25,930 bases of DNA from a virus (taxonomy: Duplodnaviria; Caudoviricetes). The position numbers and the translations under genes are program-made. Below are positions 8,215 through 17,492 of this stretch, piece by piece. Position 1 is the stretch's first letter. Each line of letters starts with the position of its first letter. The DNA lies in IMG/VR virus record IMGVR_UViG_3300037071_001344, positions 1 through 25,930 of that record; one strand, 5' to 3'. The notes below the pieces were generated by a model, which searched no databases, was not told where the DNA came from, and saw nothing but the letters and a program-made list of their open reading frames with translations.

Positions 8215-8705
8215 TCGCACTCTCTGGCTACATCCTCTGCATCGTCGCAGCCAACGCCACGCTAGCGCTGGTCGGACTGGTGCCGGTCGGCTTCGGCCTG
8301 ATGGCCCCCGCTGGCGTCCTCTGGGCGGGACTCGCGCTCACGATGCGTGATCTGACTCAAGATCAACTCGGCAAGCGCGCGGTCCTGTTCGCGGTCGCGG
8401 CCGGTGCTGGCCTGTCGTGGCTGATCTCGCCAGCGTTCGCCCTGGCATCGGGCGCCGCGTTCCTCGTTAGCGAGCTGGCCGACTTCGCGGTCTATTCCCC
8501 GATTCGTCGGCGCCACTGGCTGACCGCTGTGGCCCTGTCCAACACGGTCGGGTTGCTGGTGGATTCAGTCCTGTTCCTCTGGTTCGCCTTCGGGAGCCTG
8601 GAGTTCCTGGCCGGGTTGGTGGTCGGGAAGGTGTGGGTCACGGCGGCGACGGTTGCGGTGCTGTGGATCGTTCGCAGCCGACGAGTCGAGGTGGTGACGG
8701 CATGA
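8211..8705 (+). CDS. yhhQ: VUT/YhhQ-family queuosine precursor transporter
   Basis: Multi-TM; RDLTQD, SELADFAVY, SNTVGLLVDSVLFL..AF. Confidence 0.8.
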   Translation: MIALSGYILCIVAANATLALVGLVPVGFGLMAPAGVLWAGLALTMRDLTQDQLGKRAVLFAVAAGAGLSWLISPAFALASGAAFLVSELADFAVYSPIRRRHWLTAVALSNTVGLLVDSVLFLWFAFGSLEFLAGLVVGKVWVTAATVAVLWIVRSRRVEVVTA

Positions 8706-8926
8706 CGACGTACGCAGTACTGATCGAGACGGCCGGCGGCCACTGTTCGACGTCGGGAACGGGCCTCACGAGGGCGGATGCGTTGGTCCGCATGCGCGAA
8801 GTCGCCGAGTACGACATGCGCGAGATGGGACTCGGCCCCGATGAGATCGAAGGGTGGCGCGACGGCTCACTGCTCGCGCCGGGCGCCATCTACAGCGTGA
8901 TCGCGGAGGACAGCTCGTGCTCGTAA
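8702..8926 (+). CDS. Hypothetical protein
   Basis: ATGA overlap, GAGG RBS. Confidence 0.5.
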   Translation: MTTYAVLIETAGGHCSTSGTGLTRADALVRMREVAEYDMREMGLGPDEIEGWRDGSLLAPGAIYSVIAEDSSCS

Positions 8927-9246
8927 TCGAAGAACTCGAAGACGAGGAGTACACCGTTGAACTGGAGATCGCGGTGCGCGGCCTGACGTGTATCTGCCCC
9001 GTCAACGGTCTAACCGACAGGTTCGACATCGCGGTGCGCTATCGGCCGATGCGCGGGCGTGTGCTGGAGCTGGGCGCCTTCCGTCGCGGCCTGGATCTCT
9101 ACGCCGAGGCCAGGATCGCCCACGAAGCACTGACTGTGGACGTGCTGACGACCATTGTCGAGCAGATCCAGCCGGCATCGGCCGAAGTCCTGACCACATG
9201 GGCGCCAGTCGAGGGTGTCGAGTGCATCGTCAGGGTGACTACGTGA
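8917..9246 (+). CDS. QueF/QueF-like T-fold enzyme
   Basis: CICPVNGLTD catalytic Cys/Asp, YRP, VLE, HE; GGAGG RBS before GTG. Confidence 0.75.
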   Translation: MLVIEELEDEEYTVELEIAVRGLTCICPVNGLTDRFDIAVRYRPMRGRVLELGAFRRGLDLYAEARIAHEALTVDVLTTIVEQIQPASAEVLTTWAPVEGVECIVRVTT

Positions 9247-9884
9247 TGTACCTGAGTGGGCAGGTCGGTATCGTCCTGGCGCGGCCTCACCCGAACCTCG
9301 GAGTGATGGCGAATCCACGTTCGCTCGGGGCCGGTCAGGTCGCTGAGATCGTGCGGCAGGGCATTCCGTGGGCCGCCGATAACGACGCCTTCACGAACTT
9401 CGATGAGGGCCGCTGGCTCACCTGGCTGGAGACGATGCCGGAGGCAGCTCGCGCGCTGTGCTTGTTCGCGGCAGCTCCCGACGTGGTTGGCGACGCCGAG
9501 GCGACGCTCGCACGTTCGTCGGGCTACCTGTCAGCCATCCGCGCTATGGGCTACCCCGTCGCCTACGTGGCGCAGGATGGGTTCGATCCGAGCGTCGTGC
9601 CGTGGGACGCCGTTGACTGGCTGTTCATCGGCGGCACCACGGCATTCAAGCGGGGCGAGGCCGGCGGCTACGCGGCTATCAGCGAGGGCAAGCGTCGCGG
9701 TAAGCGCGTCCACGTCGGGCGCGTGAACGGCGGCGGATTCCTCCGGCAGCTCGCGGCGGCCGGGGCTGACACGGCGGACGGAACCAAGCTCTGCTTCGGT
9801 CCCGACACGAACTATCGGCTCGTGACGGGATGGCTCGACGGTCTCGCCGCCCAACCGCCGATGACCCTGGAGGCCGTTGGATGA
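9246..9884 (+). CDS. DpdA-like (TGT-fold) 7-deazaguanine DNA transglycosylase
   Basis: WAADNDAF, PDVVGD, QDG, LFIGG, VHVGRVN, ADGT; clustered with yhhQ and queF. Confidence 0.7.
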   Translation: MYLSGQVGIVLARPHPNLGVMANPRSLGAGQVAEIVRQGIPWAADNDAFTNFDEGRWLTWLETMPEAARALCLFAAAPDVVGDAEATLARSSGYLSAIRAMGYPVAYVAQDGFDPSVVPWDAVDWLFIGGTTAFKRGEAGGYAAISEGKRRGKRVHVGRVNGGGFLRQLAAAGADTADGTKLCFGPDTNYRLVTGWLDGLAAQPPMTLEAVG

Positions 9885-9902
9885 ACGGTCAACTTCATGC
9901 AC

Positions 9903-9951
9903 TGGGACCACTTCGGTAGTAAGATGGTGGAAACGATGGGACCACTTTGGT
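9903..9951 (+). repeat. 15-bp direct repeat upstream of terS
   Basis: TGGGACCACTTCGGT (9903-9917) and TGGGACCACTTTGGT (9937-9951), with TAAGAT between them. Confidence 0.6.
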
Positions 9952-9981
9952 TGATACCGATTGATTCTTGGGAGCGTCATC

Positions 9982-10341
9982 GTGGCAGGTAAGGGCAGCC
10001 CTCGCCCGGGTAATGGCGGGCGTAGGCCGGGCGCCGGCCGACCGCGCAAGGAAGTCCTCAAGGCCAAGCAGCCCGGGCCCGTCCGGGCCGCTGAGGATGC
10101 CTTCCGCGATGCCCTGCCCGAACTGGCGAAGGTCGCGCTTGAGGCTGCCCTCAAGGACAAAGACCGCAAGATGATCGTCTACTGCATCAACCGCGCGCTC
10201 GGAGCGCCGGCGCAGAACATCGACATCGACGTCCGCAGAGCTGCCGATCGCATTGCCGCCTCCATCGGCGCCGACGCCGAGTTCCTGATCCGCCGGGCCC
10301 AACAGCTCGCCGAAGAGAACGCCGAGGCTCAGGCGCAGTGA
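9982..10341 (+). CDS. terS: Terminase small subunit (putative)
   Basis: GGRRPGAGRPRK N-terminus; directly upstream of and overlapping terL. Confidence 0.7.
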   Translation: MAGKGSPRPGNGGRRPGAGRPRKEVLKAKQPGPVRAAEDAFRDALPELAKVALEAALKDKDRKMIVYCINRALGAPAQNIDIDVRRAADRIAASIGADAEFLIRRAQQLAEENAEAQAQ

Positions 10342-11648
10342 GCAAGTACAGCTCGGCCGTGCTGGCGGCGCTGCCGCTCGCCGCTGCCGAGTGGGAACAG
10401 CAGCGCGGCGCTGCGATCGCCGCCGGCGCCTCCGTCTACACCTCTGACTGGGCACCACTGCCGCATCAGGTCGCCCCGCCCGGCGACTGGGATCTCTGGC
10501 TCCTGTTCGCCGGGCGTGGCGCCGGGAAGACCGACGCGGCGGCCTACTACACCGACCAGCACGTCAAGGGGCCAGCCTGCCTCCCTGGTATCCCAGGCGG
10601 CCACCGTATCGCCATCATCGCACCGACCCTCGGCGATGCTCTGGAAGCCTGCGTCAACGGGCCCAGCGGGCTCAAAGCGCACAACCCCGGCATCACCTCA
10701 GCCTCGGGCATGGGCGGCACGTTCGTCCGCTGGCCGTCCGGCGCTCAGGCCAAGCTCTTTGGCGCATCGTCGCCCGAAGACGTCGAGCGCCTCCGTGCTG
10801 GCGGGAATCGCTGCTTCGCCTGGTGCGAAGAACTGGCCGCCTGGCGGCAGCTTGACGAGTGCTGGGACCATCTCCAGTTCGGGCTCAGGCTCGGGCCCCA
10901 CCCGCGAGCGGTCGCGTCGACCACGCCGAAGCCGCGCAAGCTCCTGCGTTCCATGCTGACCGATCCGAAGGTGGCCGTCACCCGAGCGACCACGCACGAC
11001 AACCCGCACCTGGCCGAGATGGTCAGAGCCCGCCTGGAGAAGCGGTACGCCGGCACCCGCCTCGGCCGGCAGGAGATCGGCGGCGAGCTGCTCGAAGACG
11101 TCGACGGCGCCCTCTGGACGTACTCGATGCTCGAAGATCGCAGAGAGGCTCCCGACCTGACGCGCGTCGTGATCGGTGTTGACCCGTCAGGCGGCGGCAA
11201 CATGCAGGGGATCATCGTTGCCGGCCTCGGCATCGACGCTCGCGGCTACGTCCTCGCCGACCGTTCCTGCACCCTCTCGCCCGCTGGCTGGGGCGCCCGG
11301 GCCGTGCAAGCCTACATCGACTTCCAGGCCGATCGGATCGTTGCTGAGCGCAACTTTGGCGGTGACATGGTCTTGGCGACCGTCCAGACGGCAGCGAAGG
11401 ACATGGGCGTCACGGTCTCCGTCAAGATGGTCACGGCATCCCGAGGTAAGGTCGTTCGCGCGCAGCCGATCTCGGCACTCTACGAGCAGGGACGGGTCTC
11501 GCACGTTGAGGCGTTCACCGATCTGGAGGATCAGCTCTGCACCTGGACCCCCGAGGACGGGACATCGCCCGACCGCCTGGACGCGCTCGTCTGGGTCTTC
11601 ACCGAGCTGATCCCGCCCGATGGTGGGCGCCAAGCCTATGTGTACTGA
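10338..11648 (+). CDS. terL: Terminase large subunit
   Basis: AGRGAGKT Walker A, AWCEE Walker B, STTPK, GVDP, PDRLDA nuclease motifs. Confidence 0.95.
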   Translation: MSKYSSAVLAALPLAAAEWEQQRGAAIAAGASVYTSDWAPLPHQVAPPGDWDLWLLFAGRGAGKTDAAAYYTDQHVKGPACLPGIPGGHRIAIIAPTLGDALEACVNGPSGLKAHNPGITSASGMGGTFVRWPSGAQAKLFGASSPEDVERLRAGGNRCFAWCEELAAWRQLDECWDHLQFGLRLGPHPRAVASTTPKPRKLLRSMLTDPKVAVTRATTHDNPHLAEMVRARLEKRYAGTRLGRQEIGGELLEDVDGALWTYSMLEDRREAPDLTRVVIGVDPSGGGNMQGIIVAGLGIDARGYVLADRSCTLSPAGWGARAVQAYIDFQADRIVAERNFGGDMVLATVQTAAKDMGVTVSVKMVTASRGKVVRAQPISALYEQGRVSHVEAFTDLEDQLCTWTPEDGTSPDRLDALVWVFTELIPPDGGRQAYVY

Positions 11649-11662
11649 GAGGGGGTGATACC

Positions 11663-13687
11663 GTGGGATTCCTGGACTTCCTGCTGCATCCATCCGGCAA
11701 GGCGAGAGGCTGGGATCAACTCCCGTCGCCCGGTGCCGAGCGGAAAGCGAGCTGGACGATTGACGACTACCGCGCTGTCATCGTCTCCCCGCTGGTGCAT
11801 GGCCCGGGTGCGACCGACATCCTCAACGGCTGGCGCGGCGGTGATGGCAACTCGGCCGTGTTCGCCTGCCTCCAGGCGATCTCATCCGCCTATGTCGAGG
11901 CGCCCCTCACGGTCTACCGCCAGACCGCGCCGAAAGAACGCGAGCCGATGTTCGACTCGCCGCTTCAATCCCTGCTCGACTACCCGAATCCGTGCATGGA
12001 CATCCTGGAGATCATGGGCTACATCCAGTGGTGCAAGCATGTCGACGGGAACGCCTACCTCCGGAAGCTCAGAGCCGGCGACGACCTGACCGGCAACGTC
12101 GTGGAGCTGTGGCCGATCAGCCCGACCAGACTGGAAGCGCGGACGATCCAGGGGTCCGGCGAGTTCATCTCCTACTACCGCTACTACGTCCGGCCTGGCG
12201 TCTACGAAGACATCCCCGTCGAGAACATCATCCATTTCCGGATGGGGCTCAAGGATGGGGACCATCGCTATGGGGACTCGCCGCTCAAGCGGCTGGCCCG
12301 GGAAGTGAGCAGCGACGACCAGGCCACCCGATACGCGGACCGTTTGCTTGCCAACCTCGCGATCAACGGCCTCTCGCTGGAGTTCGACAAAGAGGCTCAG
12401 CCGATGACGAAGGCCGAGGCCGACGAAGCGAAGGCCCGCATTCAGGCGGCCTACGGCGGCGACAACGTCGGCGCGGTCAGCGTCATCTCTCCCGGCGGCA
12501 AGCTCGTGCAACACGGTTTCAGCCCCGAGCAGATGGACTTGAAGGTGCTGCACCGGGTGCCAGAGGAGCGGATCTCGGCGGTCTTGCGGTGCCCCGCCAT
12601 TGTCGCTGGTCTGGGCGCCGGGCTTGACCGCTCGACGTTCGCCAACTACGAAGAGGCGAATCAGTCATTCATCGAGCAGACCATCCTCAGCCTGTACCGA
12701 GACGATGACAAGAAGCTGACGCACTCTCTAGCATCGGACTTCACGAGCGACCGCAAGATCAGCATCGCCCACGACATAACCCAGATGCGGGCCTTGCAGG
12801 ACGACGAGGACAAGAAGGCGACCAGGTTGGCTGCCTACGTGGTCGCCGGCATCCTCGACGTCAACGAGGCGCGAGCTGAGATCGGCCGGGAGCCGAGAGC
12901 TGAGCAGGAGCAGCCGGCGCAGAATGAGACGCCGAATAATTCCCAGAATATTCCGCAGGAGCAGCGCAGCCGGCCGCGCATCCTCACCCTGCCGTACCGT
13001 GAGATCAAGGCGCCCGACGACCTGCCCGGCCTGTTCTCGGGACTGAAGGACGACCTCGACTCGACCTGGCAGTCCGAGATCGAATCGTTCCTGACCGCAC
13101 AACTCAGGAGGATCAATGCTCGACTCCGTGCTGGCGGCGATACGGCGGAAGCTCTGGTGGCTGAGGGCGAAGCATCGTTGCTCGGAGAGACCCTACGGCC
13201 GTTGCAGTCTGACGTCCTGTCCGCTGTGCATCGACTCGTGGTGGCGGAACTCGGGATTTCGTTCGACCTGGACGATCCGGCTTCCCGAGCATACCTGCGC
13301 GACGCCGGCGGGAACATCGTCGGCGTCACCGAGACGACCCGCGACGCTGTCCGGGCCGCCCTCATCGAGGGCCAGCAGGCCGGCGAGGGAATACCACAAC
13401 TCGCTGCGCGACTGGAGCAACTACCTGCGTTCAACCGCGCTCGCGCCATCACGGTCAGCCGGACAGAGCTGGGCAACTCGACGAACCTGGCAGCGATACA
13501 GAACTACCGCTCGTCGGGTGTCGTCGTCGGCGTCAGGGTCTTCGATGGCGACTACGACGCCGAGTGCATCGCGATGAACGGACGGGTGTTCAGCCTCGAA
13601 CAGGTGCCGCCGACGCTCCAGCACCCGCGCTGCCTGCGAGCGTTCGCGCCGATCACCGACGCATCAGAGCTGACGCGATCAGCATAG
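11663..13687 (+). CDS. HK97-type portal fused to a MuF/gp7-like minor head domain
   Basis: VFAC..IS, PNP, GNAY, ELWPI, IIHFR, G.SPL, NEARA in the portal part; RARAITVSRTE...C..MNG...HPRC at the C-terminus. Confidence 0.9.
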   Translation: MGFLDFLLHPSGKARGWDQLPSPGAERKASWTIDDYRAVIVSPLVHGPGATDILNGWRGGDGNSAVFACLQAISSAYVEAPLTVYRQTAPKEREPMFDSPLQSLLDYPNPCMDILEIMGYIQWCKHVDGNAYLRKLRAGDDLTGNVVELWPISPTRLEARTIQGSGEFISYYRYYVRPGVYEDIPVENIIHFRMGLKDGDHRYGDSPLKRLAREVSSDDQATRYADRLLANLAINGLSLEFDKEAQPMTKAEADEAKARIQAAYGGDNVGAVSVISPGGKLVQHGFSPEQMDLKVLHRVPEERISAVLRCPAIVAGLGAGLDRSTFANYEEANQSFIEQTILSLYRDDDKKLTHSLASDFTSDRKISIAHDITQMRALQDDEDKKATRLAAYVVAGILDVNEARAEIGREPRAEQEQPAQNETPNNSQNIPQEQRSRPRILTLPYREIKAPDDLPGLFSGLKDDLDSTWQSEIESFLTAQLRRINARLRAGGDTAEALVAEGEASLLGETLRPLQSDVLSAVHRLVVAELGISFDLDDPASRAYLRDAGGNIVGVTETTRDAVRAALIEGQQAGEGIPQLAARLEQLPAFNRARAITVSRTELGNSTNLAAIQNYRSSGVVVGVRVFDGDYDAECIAMNGRVFSLEQVPPTLQHPRCLRAFAPITDASELTRSA

Positions 13688-13696
13688 GGAGACATC

Positions 13697-14116
13697 ATGG
13701 CCCTCGACCCGAGCATTACTACCGCAGCCGCCAACGCGGCCTGTGACGCGGTTGTCGACCTGATCGACGCCGGCACACCACCCGGGCTGCTCAAGATCTA
13801 CGCCGGGACCGTCCCGACGAACGCCAACGCCGCGCTGGGCGGTGCGACCCTGCTCGGCACGCTGACGTTCAGTAACCCGGCCTTCGGCGCCGCCTCGGCA
13901 GGCGTGGCGACCGCCTCGGCGATCACGTCCGACACCTCGGCCGATGCGACTGGCACGGCGACGTTCTTCCGGATCACCAACGCGGCCGGCACGGTCATCA
14001 TCCAGGGCGAGGTCGGGACGTCAGGCTGCGACCTGAACCTGTCGTCAACCTCGATCACCATCGGCGGCACGATCGCCGTGTCGAGCCTGACGTACACCCA
14101 GCAGGGCCTGGCGTAA
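13697..14116 (+). CDS. Virion structural protein (small beta-rich)
   Basis: LKIYAGTVP...ATGTATFFRI...QGEVGTSG.DLNL pattern common in phage structural regions; Ala/Thr/Gly rich. Confidence 0.65.
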   Translation: MALDPSITTAAANAACDAVVDLIDAGTPPGLLKIYAGTVPTNANAALGGATLLGTLTFSNPAFGAASAGVATASAITSDTSADATGTATFFRITNAAGTVIIQGEVGTSGCDLNLSSTSITIGGTIAVSSLTYTQQGLA

Positions 14117-14229
14117 TGGCGTTCGCAGCCGGGGTCGTCAGCGGCGCTCTGGCGATGCTGGGTGGGCTGGTCGTCCTGGCTGCATGGATGACCCGGGATG
14201 ACAAGCACGACCCCGGACGGGGAGAGTAG
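14116..14229 (+). CDS. 37-aa membrane peptide
   Basis: TAATG overlap; hydrophobic N-terminal 24 aa. Confidence 0.45.
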   Translation: MAFAAGVVSGALAMLGGLVVLAAWMTRDDKHDPGRGE

Positions 14230-14232
14230 GTT

Positions 14233-14526
14233 ATGGCTGCGACACTCGCACAAGACGCATCGCTCGCCGCTGACGCCACCTTCCGACTGCGGGTGCAGTC
14301 GGCGCTCGTGCGGCGCGTCCATACGCTGCTGGCCGGCAATCTGAGCAGCGATCAGCTTTCGCTCGCTCGGGCGATCCTCTACGACCCGCCGGCCTACGCT
14401 GCGACCATCGCCTACGGTTGCGTTACGGAGCCGGCGATCAACGCGAGGGACGGCGTGCAAACGGCCGTGACGGACCCCGAGATTGCGAACGCCGTCAACG
14501 CTGTCGTCGTGCGGTACGTGAGGTAG
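14233..14526 (+). CDS. Hypothetical virion-associated protein
   Basis: RBS and tight spacing within the structural operon. Confidence 0.6.
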   Translation: MAATLAQDASLAADATFRLRVQSALVRRVHTLLAGNLSSDQLSLARAILYDPPAYAATIAYGCVTEPAINARDGVQTAVTDPEIANAVNAVVVRYVR

Positions 14527-14529
14527 GCG

Positions 14530-15021
14530 ATGGCAACCGCATCGCTCAACTACGCTGCCGCCGTCTCGATGACGGTGACGGCCCTGAACTCCAACACGTC
14601 ATCCGCGACGGCAGCCTGGGCCAGCGCGGTCGTGGACAACACCAGCAATAAGTACCTCGATGCGTTGGTGATGGTGGTACTTGATTACGCCAACACCGCG
14701 CCGGCCAACGACAAAGCGACCTATGTCTACGCTTACGGGGGACTGGAATCTGGCACCTACACCAACCCGATCAGCGGATCTGAAGGCGACGTGACGCTAC
14801 TCGACATCACGTCGAACCCGAACAACCTGCGTCTCATTGGCGTGATGCCGTACGGCACGGCGGATGAGGTCTGCGAGTCGAGCCCGATGAGTGTCGCAAA
14901 CGGCTTCGGCGGCATCCTCCCGCCCTACTGGGGCGTCGTGATTCTCGATTACACCGGCGCCGCCATTGCCGCTTCCGGAAACACCGTGAAGTGGGTCGGC
15001 GTCAAGATCGACGTGGCCTGA
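14530..15021 (+). CDS. Putative virion structural protein (beta-sandwich)
   Basis: GAGG RBS; composition and context. Confidence 0.6.
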   Translation: MATASLNYAAAVSMTVTALNSNTSSATAAWASAVVDNTSNKYLDALVMVVLDYANTAPANDKATYVYAYGGLESGTYTNPISGSEGDVTLLDITSNPNNLRLIGVMPYGTADEVCESSPMSVANGFGGILPPYWGVVILDYTGAAIAASGNTVKWVGVKIDVA

Positions 15022-15024
15022 CCG

Positions 15025-15858
15025 ATGCCTGCTGGAATCCTGCCGCGCGGAGGATGGGGGCACGCGAAGCCCCCGGCCGGTACGGCTATCGACTGGGGCA
15101 ACCCGCTGACGGCAGGACTGATCCGCTCGTGGCTCGTCAATGAGGCGGGCGGGAAGATGCTCTCTGACGGTGCGAAGAACTACCCGAGCTACCTGACGAC
15201 GGTCACGACTGCGCCAGCGTGGCGCCCCGGTCTGCGTGGGATGGGCGTCTCGTTTACTGATTTGGCATCGTACGCTCAGCCAACCGGGCCGGTCGTCAAC
15301 ACGGCGAAGGTCACGATAGAGGCGCTGGTCCGCTACGACAGTAGTCCTGGTGGGAGCCAGACACCGCGCGACCTGATCGGATTCGTTGACGGTCACGGCT
15401 CCGGCACGCAGGACAAGGTTCTTTCTATTTACCGTGACGGCGAGCCTCGGGCGTTCGCCTACGATGGCGCGAACCGCGACATCTTCGGCTCGGCGCAGAT
15501 TGCGATTGGCACGACAACGCATCTCGTGATGACCGCTGACGGCACCAATCTCACGCTGTATCGCAACGGCGTCCAGGTTGCACAAGTGGCCTGCGGGGAT
15601 ACCTACACGTCGTATACGCAGCCGAATATCGTCATCGGTGCTCTGAGTGGCAGTTCTGGGTCAACCGTCACGATCTTCGTGGCCCGCGTCTGGACTCGTG
15701 CATTGCGCCCAGGCGAGATCATGACGCTGGCCGCCGACCCCTTCTGCATCTACGCCCCGCCGGTCTGGCGGCGGTACTTCATGCCGTCTGTTTCCGGGGC
15801 AGCGGCGACATCACTGCCGCCGATTCGACCGTCGGTCTCGCACCTGATCGGGAGGTAA
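15025..15858 (+). CDS. LamG/concanavalin A-like lectin domain protein
   Basis: W.VNEAGG, TIEALV, THLVMTADGTNLTLYRNGVQ, VARVWTRAL..GEI. Confidence 0.8.
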   Translation: MPAGILPRGGWGHAKPPAGTAIDWGNPLTAGLIRSWLVNEAGGKMLSDGAKNYPSYLTTVTTAPAWRPGLRGMGVSFTDLASYAQPTGPVVNTAKVTIEALVRYDSSPGGSQTPRDLIGFVDGHGSGTQDKVLSIYRDGEPRAFAYDGANRDIFGSAQIAIGTTTHLVMTADGTNLTLYRNGVQVAQVACGDTYTSYTQPNIVIGALSGSSGSTVTIFVARVWTRALRPGEIMTLAADPFCIYAPPVWRRYFMPSVSGAAATSLPPIRPSVSHLIGR

Positions 15859-15862
15859 TCCT

Positions 15863-16342
15863 ATGGGCCGTGTCTACAGTGTGCCGATCCAGCTTACTGC
15901 CGTGACGACACAGGTTGATCTCTGGGACATCGCCCCGGCCGACGATAAGCCCGTCAAGCTGCATGCCGTCTACCTGGGCCAGAGCACCGAGCTTGGCGAC
16001 GCCGCCGAGGAGCAGCTCGGGATTCAGATCATCAGGGGCTTTGCCACGGTCGGGTCGGGCGGGTCGTCCGCGACCCCGACGCCGGTCGGCAACTCCATTG
16101 ACACGGCTGCTGGTGCTACTGTGCGCGTGCTCGATACGACGGTCGCGGTCGTTGGCGGTGGATCGACTACGCATCTGCACGCCGATACCTGGAACTTACG
16201 GGCGCCGTATCAAGTGATCTGGACACCAGAGATGCGCCCTGGCTGCTCGCAGGCCGACACTCGAATCATTATCCGCACGACGGGCGCGCCGGCCGACTCG
16301 GTGACGCTAGCGGGCGTCTGCTATTTCGAGGAGCTCGGCTAG
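15863..16342 (+). CDS. Putative virion structural protein
   Basis: GGAGGT RBS; beta-rich composition. Confidence 0.6.
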   Translation: MGRVYSVPIQLTAVTTQVDLWDIAPADDKPVKLHAVYLGQSTELGDAAEEQLGIQIIRGFATVGSGGSSATPTPVGNSIDTAAGATVRVLDTTVAVVGGGSTTHLHADTWNLRAPYQVIWTPEMRPGCSQADTRIIIRTTGAPADSVTLAGVCYFEELG

Positions 16343-16350
16343 GGTAGTCG

Positions 16351-17259
16351 ATGTACGTCTTCCGCCGGCCGTTTGACTACGCGGTACTCGCCGCTCGTCG
16401 GCTCGTGCCGTCGAAGGCTGCTACGAGCGTCACCGGCACCGGCGATATCAGCATCGGCGTGCCGGTGCTGGCGGCGACAGGATCGTTCACGACGACCGGC
16501 GCCGGCGCCATCAGCATCGGCGCTCCGATCATCGCCGGTACTGGGTCATTCGCGGTCACCGGGACGGGCGCGGTCAGTATTGCCGTGCCAGTCCTCGCGG
16601 CATCAGGCTCATTCGCCACAACGGGCACTGGCTCCATCAGTATCGGTATCCCGGTCCTGGCGGGCACCGGCACGGTCACCGGTCCACCTGGCAGTGGCGA
16701 TATCACCATTGCACCCCCTGTCATTGACGGGACGGGCTCGTTTGTCACGACCGGCAGCGGCGCTATCGCGATCTCCCCTCCGGTGCTCGCCGCTGCCGGT
16801 TCCTTCGCCACCACCGGGACAGGCGCCATCACCATCGGTGGGCCAGCGGTTGCCGGCTCCGGCACGGTAGCCGACCCTGGTACCGGCAGCGGCGCTATCA
16901 GCATCGGGCCGCCCCAGGTAGCAGGTACGGGCAGTTTCGCCACCACCGGGGCAGGAGCGGTCAGTATCAGCCCGCCAGTCCTGGCCGGGTCGGGCACGTT
17001 CGTTGGTCCGGCGAGCGGCACGGGCGTCATCACGATTCCAGCGCCCGTCCTGGCCGGCACCGGGACGCTGATCTATACCGGCGCCGGGACGATCACGATT
17101 CCTGGTCCACTGCTCTCGGGCTACTCGGTGTTGGCTACCAGGGCGGCAGCAAGCGACTCCGCGTATGGTGGAGCTACGGCGAGCGACGCCGCCTACGCTG
17201 GCGCTGGGGCCGGCGACCTGGCGCTCGTGGGAGCTACAGCAAACGATTCGGAGGTCTGA
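16351..17259 (+). CDS. Gly/Thr/Ser-rich ~21-aa repeat fibre-like protein
   Basis: About 11 copies of xTGxGAIxIxxPVLAGTGSF, plus 10-aa C-terminal repeats. Confidence 0.75.
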   Translation: MYVFRRPFDYAVLAARRLVPSKAATSVTGTGDISIGVPVLAATGSFTTTGAGAISIGAPIIAGTGSFAVTGTGAVSIAVPVLAASGSFATTGTGSISIGIPVLAGTGTVTGPPGSGDITIAPPVIDGTGSFVTTGSGAIAISPPVLAAAGSFATTGTGAITIGGPAVAGSGTVADPGTGSGAISIGPPQVAGTGSFATTGAGAVSISPPVLAGSGTFVGPASGTGVITIPAPVLAGTGTLIYTGAGTITIPGPLLSGYSVLATRAAASDSAYGGATASDAAYAGAGAGDLALVGATANDSEV

Positions 17260-17492
17260 TGTCAGCATTCACGAAAAGGGATCTGGTGACCTGTGGTGAC
17301 CATGTCGAGGTACTGGCTGCTACGCTTCGGAGCTTGCAAGACATGACCATCGTCGGGCACCCGGACGGCGACCGTTGCCCCTATCAGGTCGGGCATTCGA
17401 TGACAGAGCACTGCGTCATCGGCCTGGGGCTATTCGACAGCATCGAGACATTTGATGCCGCGATCGGCCGGCACGCGAGGGCACGCCGATGA
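17259..17492 (+). CDS. Hypothetical protein
   Basis: TGATG overlap, GGAGG RBS. Confidence 0.5.
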   Translation: MSAFTKRDLVTCGDHVEVLAATLRSLQDMTIVGHPDGDRCPYQVGHSMTEHCVIGLGLFDSIETFDAAIGRHARARR

